Source: an uncultured Planctomycetales bacterium (lineage in GTDB: Bacteria; Omnitrophota; Gorgyraeia; Gygaellales; Profunditerraquicolaceae). Taken from it: 64,000 nucleotides of DNA. The DNA is taken from NCBI GenBank assembly GCA_964427405.1, contig CAYRUB010000001.1, positions 157,884 through 221,883 on the forward strand, written 5' to 3'. Below, in pieces: positions 8,159 through 16,075 of the stretch. Each line of letters opens with the position of its first letter. Position 1 is the stretch's first letter. A program made the position numbers and the translations under genes. Under the pieces are notes generated by a model. That model worked only from the letters and a program-made list of their open reading frames with translations. It was not told the origin of the DNA and did no database searches.

Positions 8159-8525
8159 GTAAGCCTCCTTTCTTTTGACGCCGGAAATTAAAACCCAAGA
8201 ATATGAAGTATTTTTCCAGGCAGCCCAGAAAAATACGGTCTTTTGTCAAGAAAACATGGAATGCCCGAAGGCAAACGACGCAAGGAGTGAACCTTCCTGG
8301 GAGTCCTTTGGAAAAATTGAGACTCCCCTATAGGGGCAGAATGCTTCTGATAGCTAAAAAGCCTTTCCGAGGCAGACCACGAAAAGGCTTTTTAGATAGA
8401 GATGAATCTTCCCAAAGGATTTTCTTGAAAAAAGTCAGGATTGGGTTATTGTAGGCGGATAAAAAGAAAGGAGGATTACGTGACGACAAGAGAAAACAAA
8501 AGACAAGGAAGGAAGTAACTGATTG
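8159..8525 (-). promoter_or_regulatory. structured ~370-nt leader element, copy 2 (novel)
   Basis: Hairpins at 8208-8236 (GTATTTTTC/GAAAAATAC) and 8356-8393 (AAAAAGCCTTT/AAAGGCTTTTT) carry the conserved TGGNNTGCCT loops. The 5' segment 8462-8474 AAAAAGAAAGGAGG region is complementary to the RBS region 8164-8182. A CCCC-TATA-GGGG hairpin plus T-run lies mid-element. Confidence 0.5.
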
Positions 8526-8712
8526 AAGTAGCGATTAAGGGTAGCTAAAAGATAAAACGGACTGTGAAATTTTTCTTAGCTGAATTAGAAGACCGAAAAA
8601 TATATATATTCTGGGTAGCTGAAATTGAAAGGAAGACATCACCTTGAAAGTTGAAACGATTGAAGAGTTTGTTAAAGCACCAAAGGTAAGACCTGCCGAC
8701 TTACGGATCTAC

Positions 8713-9366
8713 TTATCCTTGAAATTGACTCTGCTTGTACTCAGACTGGAAATATATTAATGGGACTATCCGCATAGCTTCAAGGATCTTTGGTCCGTGG
8801 CATTTTTTAAGCCTTTTTCCCGAATTGCATGGGCATATCTTATCTCGACTATATTCTCCAGAGGCTAATATTTTAAGAAATTTCTGAGCAGCAGTAAAAT
8901 CATTGGTATTAAAGAACTCACAATAAAATTCTATAACCCCTCGTCCATAATGTGAGCGCTCACCAAACGGCATATGGCCTGTTTTTTTATTGAAACAAAA
9001 GGAGAAAAGAAACGGAATCACTAAAAACTCAACAAATCCAATAAGGGTTTTACATTTACTGAATTTTATCCAATTATCTACTGGCGTGCCTAAACATAAT
9101 GTATCGTTTGTGTAATGATGAAAATCGCTCGGTATCCTTCCCCCCATTTCTTTAACTGAGGGCATCAGATCTGGGTAGCTAGACGGGATCGCGATGAATA
9201 ACTCAAAACCATCTTGGATTCTTACTTTTTCGAATTCGGAAGAAAAACCCAGGAAACCAAAAATATAATAATTATCATCGATATGCTTAAGGCTCAAACC
9301 TGTATATTTCTCATGAAGTTCTTGAAATTGTTTCTGAATAATATCGTCATAACCAATACTCGCCAT
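8713..9366 (-). CDS. E2-like protein with C-terminal SEC-C zinc motif (CBASS Cap2-short-like)
   Basis: Start at MASIGYDD (9366), overlapping the CD-NTase stop by about 20 nt. FHHYTNDTLCLG resembles the UBC HPN...C active site. The C-terminal CPCNSGKRLKKCHG is a SEC-C motif. Confidence 0.45.
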   Translation of the reverse strand: MASIGYDDIIQKQFQELHEKYTGLSLKHIDDNYYIFGFLGFSSEFEKVRIQDGFELFIAIPSSYPDLMPSVKEMGGRIPSDFHHYTNDTLCLGTPVDNWIKFSKCKTLIGFVEFLVIPFLFSFCFNKKTGHMPFGERSHYGRGVIEFYCEFFNTNDFTAAQKFLKILASGEYSRDKICPCNSGKRLKKCHGPKILEAMRIVPLIYFQSEYKQSQFQG

Positions 9367-10546
9367 TGCTGCTCCATGGTTTCGAAGGACTAATTTTAAC
9401 CTCAGGGTAAGATTGCGCAGAAGGCGTTTTCTGGTTACTAGTTCTATAGCCACATTTCTCGAGGACCTTCCCCATGGTTTTAATACCGAATATAACACCC
9501 AGGTACTCAATCATATCCTTAGTTGATGTTTTTGTTAGAGCCTCCTGCAAGTCTTTTTTAATCTTTTTCAACCAATCATAAAAGCTTTTCTCAAGCACAG
9601 GATCATCTAACCATTTATCTGCAAAGTTTTCATCTGGTTCAACAGGATTTCTTATAACTGTTTTAGTCCCATTTTTTTCGATATGTTTATCCATATTATC
9701 TACTATACGTATTAATGCATCAGCTAACCCTAATTCATTTTGATACGCGTGCGCCGCCAAGGTGGTTATAATCATCGAAGTCGGCTTGATCTTAAAATCT
9801 TTTTCGAACATAATATCACGGTGCCGCTTAAGAAGCTGAATAGTTTTCTGTAAGGGAGTTCTAACTTTGTAAACAGGAACGGCTTCTATTGAAGCATATA
9901 AGCGCTTTTCAAGAAGAGATATAGCCCCTTTCTCAAAAATGGTTCTCATTCTAAACTTGAACCATTCTGCATACCCCTTAGGATTAGTTTTTAACCAATT
10001 ATCGTCAATACGATCATAATTACCCAATGTATTATCGGTAAGACAAATACTTGTCTGCAGTAAATTCTCCCTTATTCCTGATTCAAGCAAATGTTTTTTG
10101 TAGGGCACATCTTGCTCTGGAATAGAAGCTAAAAAATCCATATGGAAATGAACATCATCTTCATATTCAATTCTCCAGCAACGTCTTTTATTCTCGGGCT
10201 TACTCTTCATATTTTTAGCAAGAGAGTAATCAGTTAACTCCTTACCGATTTTTTCCTTTAAGTCTTTTTGTGAAATCTCATTTTTAAGATAATTTAAACA
10301 ACATACCAAGTCAATATCATATCTGTCTTCTTCTGATGCAGGTCTAACTGTAGTTCCCAAAAGAAATGAACCTTGCGTATATATTTCAGGATTTCGATCT
10401 TTTAATGATGTACTCTCCTGTAACCACTTTGTTACCGATTCATATCGAAGTCTCGCTTCTTCAAATTGAGAATCGGAAATCTTTAAGGAATCCGCATATT
10501 TCTCTAATACATCATCCAATAATGTCATGCGATTATCTTGCATCAT
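9347..10546 (-). CDS. cGAS/DncV-like nucleotidyltransferase (CD-NTase) of a CBASS system
   Basis: QGSFLLGTTVRPASEEDRYDIDLV gives the GS...hDhD nucleotidyltransferase active site. A third acidic residue lies at HMDF. 399 aa. Confidence 0.8.
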   Translation of the reverse strand: MMQDNRMTLLDDVLEKYADSLKISDSQFEEARLRYESVTKWLQESTSLKDRNPEIYTQGSFLLGTTVRPASEEDRYDIDLVCCLNYLKNEISQKDLKEKIGKELTDYSLAKNMKSKPENKRRCWRIEYEDDVHFHMDFLASIPEQDVPYKKHLLESGIRENLLQTSICLTDNTLGNYDRIDDNWLKTNPKGYAEWFKFRMRTIFEKGAISLLEKRLYASIEAVPVYKVRTPLQKTIQLLKRHRDIMFEKDFKIKPTSMIITTLAAHAYQNELGLADALIRIVDNMDKHIEKNGTKTVIRNPVEPDENFADKWLDDPVLEKSFYDWLKKIKKDLQEALTKTSTKDMIEYLGVIFGIKTMGKVLEKCGYRTSNQKTPSAQSYPEVKISPSKPWSSNGEYWL

Positions 10547-10547
10547 T

Positions 10548-11483
10548 CTAACCTCCTGTGTTATAATCCAAGAATTCTTGGATTTTTTGTGAATTATTTG
10601 TAAAATCTTTTTCTGCTAAAAAGACTAAGTTATTGTACTCATTAGGATCATCTAACTTTAAAGGTTTAGCTGATTTAAAATTAATTCTTAATACCTGATT
10701 TTCCTCAAATAAAAGCTTAAGCATGTTGGTAGTTGTTTGAGACTGCAAGCTAAGAAGCATACCAATAAATTTTTGTCGACCCCACCTTGCCAAGAATCCC
10801 CATCCTAAGAACTTTTTCCACCATCGGTCTGACTGCGAATAGAAATTTTCCCCTTCGCCTGTGCCAATTGACAAAATCATTAGATTATTTATATTCTGAC
10901 CAAGACGACGCTTAGCTTCAATAGCCGCAATAAGAGCCGGATTATTTGCCCATAATCCTCCATCTGCTAAAAGAAAATTATCCATATAATAAGGATCAAA
11001 ATAGGTAGGGGCGGAACAAGAAGCCAATACTGCTTTATAGACTAGTCTATTAGGATCACGAGAAAAATTTTTATCGTACGAAGATTTAAACACATGAACG
11101 CAGCCATTCCCGATATCAGATGCAGGCAAAACTAAAGGTATGTCAATTTGGCCTAGCTTTCGATCATCACCATAGAGATTTCTTAAGATGTTTTCTAAAT
11201 CCTTATTATCATATCTGCTCACGAATAATCCAAACCAATGAAGAAATCGCTTCTTGAAGATCCGTTGACCATATTCCTTATAAAAATCTAATACTTTACT
11301 CGCAGTAAAGTTACAAGCTAATGATGCCGCGATGATTGCTCCTGTACTAGTTCCGGCTATTAGATTAAAACTTTTTAACCAATCAACACTATATTCTTCC
11401 TCAATGCGTTTTAATATATAAGCTGCATAAACACCACGATAACCACCACCGTCGATTGCTAAAATTTTAAATATTTTATCCAT
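10548..11483 (-). CDS. patatin-like phospholipase (CapV-type CBASS effector)
   Basis: DGGGYRG oxyanion motif, GTSTG nucleophile elbow and DGG catalytic Asp. Sits directly upstream of, and 2 nt from, the CD-NTase. Confidence 0.85.
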   Translation of the reverse strand: MDKIFKILAIDGGGYRGVYAAYILKRIEEEYSVDWLKSFNLIAGTSTGAIIAASLACNFTASKVLDFYKEYGQRIFKKRFLHWFGLFVSRYDNKDLENILRNLYGDDRKLGQIDIPLVLPASDIGNGCVHVFKSSYDKNFSRDPNRLVYKAVLASCSAPTYFDPYYMDNFLLADGGLWANNPALIAAIEAKRRLGQNINNLMILSIGTGEGENFYSQSDRWWKKFLGWGFLARWGRQKFIGMLLSLQSQTTTNMLKLLFEENQVLRINFKSAKPLKLDDPNEYNNLVFLAEKDFTNNSQKIQEFLDYNTGG

Positions 11484-11558
11484 AGATAGTCTTTATTAAT
11501 TTTTTAATTGTTTCTTCTGTCCTCTTCAGGTGTCTTTTCGGTATCACCAATAGGTTGT

Positions 11559-12551
11559 TTATTCGTACCTTATTTCTGTCCCCCGCAAGGTACCGTCCGT
11601 TGTTATAATAATATGATCATCTCCTGAGGTTTTTTCAGAAGATTTATTTTGGTCGTCTCTGTCTGTCCTATAAATATTTACACCCCTGCTTTCATATCTC
11701 TTGATTACAGTTTTGTCAGGAAGCAATGTTCCTGAGAATTTCTTATTGCCGGCACATATTATTCCATACCTAGGTGAAACAGCATCAATAAAAGCATTCG
11801 TGCTTGCACTTTCACTTCCGTAATGACCTGCCTTGAGAAATGTGCTTTTTAATTTGCCATCATATTCTTCAACCATTTCCTTCTCTACGAATTTTAGGAC
11901 ATTGGGGGAATCTTTCCTTAGCTTACCTTCAGAATCACCAACAAGCAAAAAGCTTACCTCGCCATATCTAAGCCATATCACTATTGATGAATTATTGGGC
12001 TTATCTGCATGCCCATCTGAATGTAATACCCTAACTTCAAATTCAGAACCCCAGTTAAGACTATCCCCTTCTTTCTTTATTAAGGTACCCACTAATGGCT
12101 TGTAGTAGTGACAATCTTTCTCTTGCTGAGCTAACTTACAAAAAGTCTTTTTGTATAATCTTGATTTTCCATTATAACCGGGATCAAGAATTGCCTTTAT
12201 TTGATACGCTTGAATAACAGGTATTAACCCTCCAACATGATCGGCATCACAATGAGTCATAATCATCAAATCTATAGGCTTGTTTTTCTTTATCCCATGA
12301 CTTTCAAGATAAGGGATAATTACTCTTTTGCCCTCTATTCCTTCGCCTCCGTCTATTAGGATTATCTCACCTTCATATTTCCCATTGCCTTTTATGCCGT
12401 CATCGGGAGTTTGAATCAAAATACAGTCACCATGGCCTACGTCTATAAACGTTACCTTAAGGGGAGTCTGGGCGTAGAGGAAAGAAGAACATAGCAGCGT
12501 GAAATAAAAAACAAAAATCTTAATTTTATGCTTTTTTATAAATATAACCAT
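11559..12551 (-). CDS. secreted metallo-beta-lactamase-fold hydrolase (ComEC C-terminal-domain-like)
   Basis: Signal peptide, DVGHGDCILI and MTHCDADHVGG MBL motifs. Confidence 0.65.
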   Translation of the reverse strand: MVIFIKKHKIKIFVFYFTLLCSSFLYAQTPLKVTFIDVGHGDCILIQTPDDGIKGNGKYEGEIILIDGGEGIEGKRVIIPYLESHGIKKNKPIDLMIMTHCDADHVGGLIPVIQAYQIKAILDPGYNGKSRLYKKTFCKLAQQEKDCHYYKPLVGTLIKKEGDSLNWGSEFEVRVLHSDGHADKPNNSSIVIWLRYGEVSFLLVGDSEGKLRKDSPNVLKFVEKEMVEEYDGKLKSTFLKAGHYGSESASTNAFIDAVSPRYGIICAGNKKFSGTLLPDKTVIKRYESRGVNIYRTDRDDQNKSSEKTSGDDHIIITTDGTLRGTEIRYE

Positions 12552-13377
12552 AGTTACATTTTGGCTTTTCTAATGGAAAACCCATTAATATGCTCACAAT
12601 CTTGAGTATCGTTCTAGGATCAAGCGTTATGCCGTCCTTTCCTGTGTGTGTAGCTCCCCCTATCTCAAGGATTTCCACCTTGCTTTTATAAAGATCAGAG
12701 TCTAAGTCTTTTTTGCTTAGTCTTGCGCTCTTCATAACCGCCTGATCCACCGTACCCATGAAACAATAAAGCTCTTTAACTCTATCCAAGAGTTTCTTTC
12801 TTATTTCAGGCTGATTTGCATACTTAATAGGCATCTGGTCAGGATCCAGGTTCACGCATTGCATTGCATGATGCGGCGAATAATCTTTGAATATAGGACC
12901 TATTTCTCCTAGCTCGCTGCCTTGATGCGGTGTTGCGACAGTAATCAAGCTGTTGATTTTCAAAAGAGGAGGAGTATCATCAATTATGGCCGCAACAGAA
13001 TCTAAACCGCCCATGCTGTGCCCTATCAAATCAAACTCCTTGCTCTTTCCTATCTTAGAGAAGATTTTACTTCGAAGAACAGGTCCGAAATCAAGGAAAC
13101 TCTTGCACCCCCCAGATTCCTCTTCAGAGAAAGTTATGTATTCGGCAGAATCGCAGTTTGTGAATATCTCTGAAAACCTTTCTTTTGCAGAAATCCCCAA
13201 TTTCTTGTCAGTGGTAGTCCACCAAGTGTTATTCTCATCAGTCCAGCCCGGTACAAAGAAAACGGGTCTTTTCAAAGTTAATTTTTCCTGCGTAAACTGC
13301 GTCAGTCTATTTAAAGCGTTCTGTTTTTGCTTTTTTCTTTCTTCTATCATTTCTTGTACTGGACCTGTGGTAGACAT
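12526..13377 (-). CDS. alpha/beta-hydrolase lipase/esterase
   Basis: VFFVPGW...GHSMGG nucleophile elbow. 283 aa. Confidence 0.6.
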   Translation of the reverse strand: MSTTGPVQEMIEERKKQKQNALNRLTQFTQEKLTLKRPVFFVPGWTDENNTWWTTTDKKLGISAKERFSEIFTNCDSAEYITFSEEESGGCKSFLDFGPVLRSKIFSKIGKSKEFDLIGHSMGGLDSVAAIIDDTPPLLKINSLITVATPHQGSELGEIGPIFKDYSPHHAMQCVNLDPDQMPIKYANQPEIRKKLLDRVKELYCFMGTVDQAVMKSARLSKKDLDSDLYKSKVEILEIGGATHTGKDGITLDPRTILKIVSILMGFPLEKPKCNYGYIYKKA

Positions 13378-13434
13378 GGAAACTCCTTTCTTTTGTTATG
13401 AAAACAACTGTTCTCAAAACAAATTGTTAAAGCT

Positions 13435-13677
13435 TTAATGCTTTTTATCTCTTGGTGGACAAGAATCGTTACCTGGAGGAACCGTATCGCTGTCTCGAAT
13501 CGGCCCCTTTGGGCTATGTATTTTTACTTCACCTCCACCACTGTTCGCCGACATCTTTTTCGCTGCTTTCTCAGCCTCTGCCTGCGTATCATAATAACCG
13601 GCAACACGATCGGACTTTTCTCGCTTTGCACGCCAGTCACCAGAATCCTTGTCTTTTGAAACGTGATAATTTGCCAT
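13435..13677 (-). CDS. DUF2188-like small protein
   Basis: MANYHVSKDKDSGDWRAKREKSDRVAGYYDTQAEAEKAAKKM has the DUF2188 pattern. Confidence 0.45.
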   Translation of the reverse strand: MANYHVSKDKDSGDWRAKREKSDRVAGYYDTQAEAEKAAKKMSANSGGGEVKIHSPKGPIRDSDTVPPGNDSCPPRDKKH

Positions 13678-13681
13678 TTAT

Positions 13682-14317
13682 TTACTCCTTCCTTAAATTA
13701 GGTATAGTTGCTATAACAACACCTTGAATCTGAAAATCATCAGTTAAAATAATTGGTTTGTTTTTTTTATTGGAAGATTTTGGCTTTAAAATAATCATAT
13801 TGGGAGCGAGGTGAAACTCTTTAATTGTCGCCTCGCCATCAATTAATGCAACAACTTTATCTCCTTCATTAGCTGTTGGCTGCTGTCTAACTAACACAAG
13901 ATCGCCTTCATTAATTCCTGCTTTATCCATCGAATCTCCTCGCGCATGCAATAGATAATATTTTGCCCCTGGCTTTGCGAGAGAAGTAGAAACAGAAATA
14001 AACCCTTCTATATTTTCTTCTGCCAACATTGGTGCCCCACAAGCTACAACGCCAACCAAAGGAATATTAATGGTTTGAGCATGCATAGAACCAAGATCTG
14101 GATTCAAAACGAGGTGATAATCTCCGTCTTCAAGCTTTTTTATCACACCTTTTTCTTGAAGTTGCTCAAGAATAACCTGAATTGACCGGGGTGATTTGTA
14201 ACCAAGATCAACCATCAATTCCCTAATAGAAGGAGCTCGAGAACGATGCATAAGCCAATTTCTAATATGACGGATAGCCTCGATTTGCCTTTTTGTAAAC
14301 GTATTTTCGTTCTTCAT
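13682..14317 (-). CDS. lexA: LexA repressor (S24 self-cleaving peptidase)
   Basis: N-terminal wHTH, VVACG cleavage-site-like motif, ARGDSM and GDLVLV...K catalytic Ser/Lys motifs. Confidence 0.85.
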   Translation of the reverse strand: MKNENTFTKRQIEAIRHIRNWLMHRSRAPSIRELMVDLGYKSPRSIQVILEQLQEKGVIKKLEDGDYHLVLNPDLGSMHAQTINIPLVGVVACGAPMLAEENIEGFISVSTSLAKPGAKYYLLHARGDSMDKAGINEGDLVLVRQQPTANEGDKVVALIDGEATIKEFHLAPNMIILKPKSSNKKNKPIILTDDFQIQGVVIATIPNLRKE

Positions 14318-14353
14318 ACATACAAGTGTATACTACCGTATGTATTTTGTCAA
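14316..14353 (-). promoter_or_regulatory. lexA promoter with overlapping inverted repeat (candidate SOS operator), leaderless start
   Basis: Minus strand TTGACA(14353-14348)-17 nt-TACACT(14330-14325), then ATG 7 nt later. ATACATAC-N14-GTATGTAT inverted repeat (14316-14345) overlaps the -10 and the start codon. Confidence 0.4.
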
Positions 14354-14667
14354 GTAAAACAAACACCCAACAGAAGCAATATCGTTTGAATTATATTTGA
14401 TAGAATTATTTAGTTTAATAAAATTCGCTTCTAGTAATGCAGACTTGGGGATAGGCGTAAATAACTATACTCTCAGTTCGCAGAAGATAAAGTCTATACT
14501 AAGCCTTACTCTTAAGACTGCTACAAACCGAACAATGATTTTGTAACCTTGCTACTTCTTCATTATAAGCTTTTCTAAATTCAGGATTCTTTAAAGACTC
14601 TTCATCGATATGCTGGCTTACTGTTTTGGGAATCATTCTTTTTCTTTTTTTAGATTGTGGTTGCATC

Positions 14668-15408
14668 TTATCCAGCAAGATTACGTTCAATCTCTGCTAT
14701 TAGTATCTTTGGAAACCCCTTTATAATCATATGCTGATTGACAGGAAGAAAGGTTTTAAGCTCTTGTCTGAAATCAATCCTCCCGGATTTGACAACCTTT
14801 AGAATCTTTGCCTTTAATTGTTTATCCTGTATAAATACTTCCTTAAAGGCCATGCGGCTACGAAGAATAAAATAAAGATCGTAGAAATCCCGCGCCTTTT
14901 GGCGCGTAAGACAGGCTTGGATTTTTTCGGTAATAAGAATCTCTTCTTTAAGATGAATAAGCGTATAGGACACAACAAGGTCGGATTGGATGAGTGCCGC
15001 TGCCCCTAACCCCTTTTTACCAGGCCGTAAAGAAACCTCTACTTGAATCCGGCTTTTATACTCACTAGTATTAAACTGGAATATAGCGAGGTATCCGCCG
15101 GATGTACTTTTTGACTCAATAATCTCAGTTTGGATACCTTCCATTTCTATCTTAGTAAGGGCTCCTTCCATTAGGGTTTCGATACCTTTGATCGTAATAT
15201 TTACTCCGGTAAAATCTAAATCTTCCGAGAACCGCGGACTCTGCCAAATGATCCGCAATGCAGTGCCTCCCTTAAAAAGCAGACTATCGGAACCCTTTTC
15301 CTGATAAAGCCGAGAAAGAAACAGCTGCTGAAAATATTCCCGCACGACATTATCTATTGTCGTCTGCCATGTTTGAGCTAACTTTTGAACTTGTCTTTTT
15401 TCAATCAT
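14668..15408 (-). CDS. AbiEii/AbiGii-family nucleotidyltransferase toxin (type IV TA), possibly C-terminally truncated
   Basis: LFKGGTALRIIW...SEDLDF motifs. At 246 aa it is short for the family. Confidence 0.7.
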   Translation of the reverse strand: MIEKRQVQKLAQTWQTTIDNVVREYFQQLFLSRLYQEKGSDSLLFKGGTALRIIWQSPRFSEDLDFTGVNITIKGIETLMEGALTKIEMEGIQTEIIESKSTSGGYLAIFQFNTSEYKSRIQVEVSLRPGKKGLGAAALIQSDLVVSYTLIHLKEEILITEKIQACLTRQKARDFYDLYFILRSRMAFKEVFIQDKQLKAKILKVVKSGRIDFRQELKTFLPVNQHMIIKGFPKILIAEIERNLAG

Positions 15409-15998
15409 AAGATATCCTTAACCAGTTTTATCAAGCCCTTTTTGCCAAAAAGTTTTGCATATTCTATTACAGATTTTTTCTTTATGTCGCGGACATTAAG
15501 ACGCTCATTAAGAGTTTTTCGATTAAGACTAACAAAATAAAGGTAATCTGCGAGGGCCTTTTCCGGTTCGGCCATAAGAACAGTCATATCCCCTATCTTC
15601 TCTGTTCTATAGCCGCGATAAGCTGGTTTTTTAATGTGTGAATAAGTAAAAGACTTATTATTAACAACAAATTCCCGGGTAATCCGGGTTGTCACTGATG
15701 TTATTGTGTAAGCGAATTCAGGAATAATGCCATAATGGGAGAGGGCGTATTCAAAAGAGATGTAACTAGGCGCATAAAGCCTATTGGCAATAGCTTCATC
15801 TCTTGGCTGGTCAATTCTTAACGCATAAAGCCCATTTCTTACTTTAAGAAAAAGGTCATCGCAGTGATCCTTAATAAACTCCTGCGTCGCACGCAAAGAG
15901 ACACCAAAAACTCTCTGGAAGTCCGATGGAGAAAACAAACGGACTCCTTTCGCCTGAAGATGCTGCTGGACATATATTGGTTTAAGTTTTCGCTCCAT
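15405..15998 (-). CDS. AbiEi-family antitoxin/transcriptional regulator
   Basis: 197 aa, 4-nt overlap with the toxin gene. N-terminal wHTH-like region typical of AbiEi partners. Confidence 0.65.
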   Translation of the reverse strand: MERKLKPIYVQQHLQAKGVRLFSPSDFQRVFGVSLRATQEFIKDHCDDLFLKVRNGLYALRIDQPRDEAIANRLYAPSYISFEYALSHYGIIPEFAYTITSVTTRITREFVVNNKSFTYSHIKKPAYRGYRTEKIGDMTVLMAEPEKALADYLYFVSLNRKTLNERLNVRDIKKKSVIEYAKLFGKKGLIKLVKDIL

Positions 15999-16075
15999 AT
16001 GACGCTAAATGTTAAATGGGTATCTGGAGCGATTATACCTCATCTTTTGAGTTATGCAAGCCTTTTTTGGGTCAT

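Noticed and set aside
4320-8525. Retron msr/msd or type III toxin-antitoxin RNA explanation for the leader
   Set aside because: There is no reverse transcriptase gene nearby, and no tandem ncRNA repeats followed by an endoribonuclease toxin.
8713-9510. 265-aa version of the E2-like ORF overlapping the CD-NTase 3' end by 164 nt
   Set aside because: The N-terminal 48 residues are an out-of-frame shadow of the CD-NTase. The internal ATG at 9366 gives a sensible short overlap.
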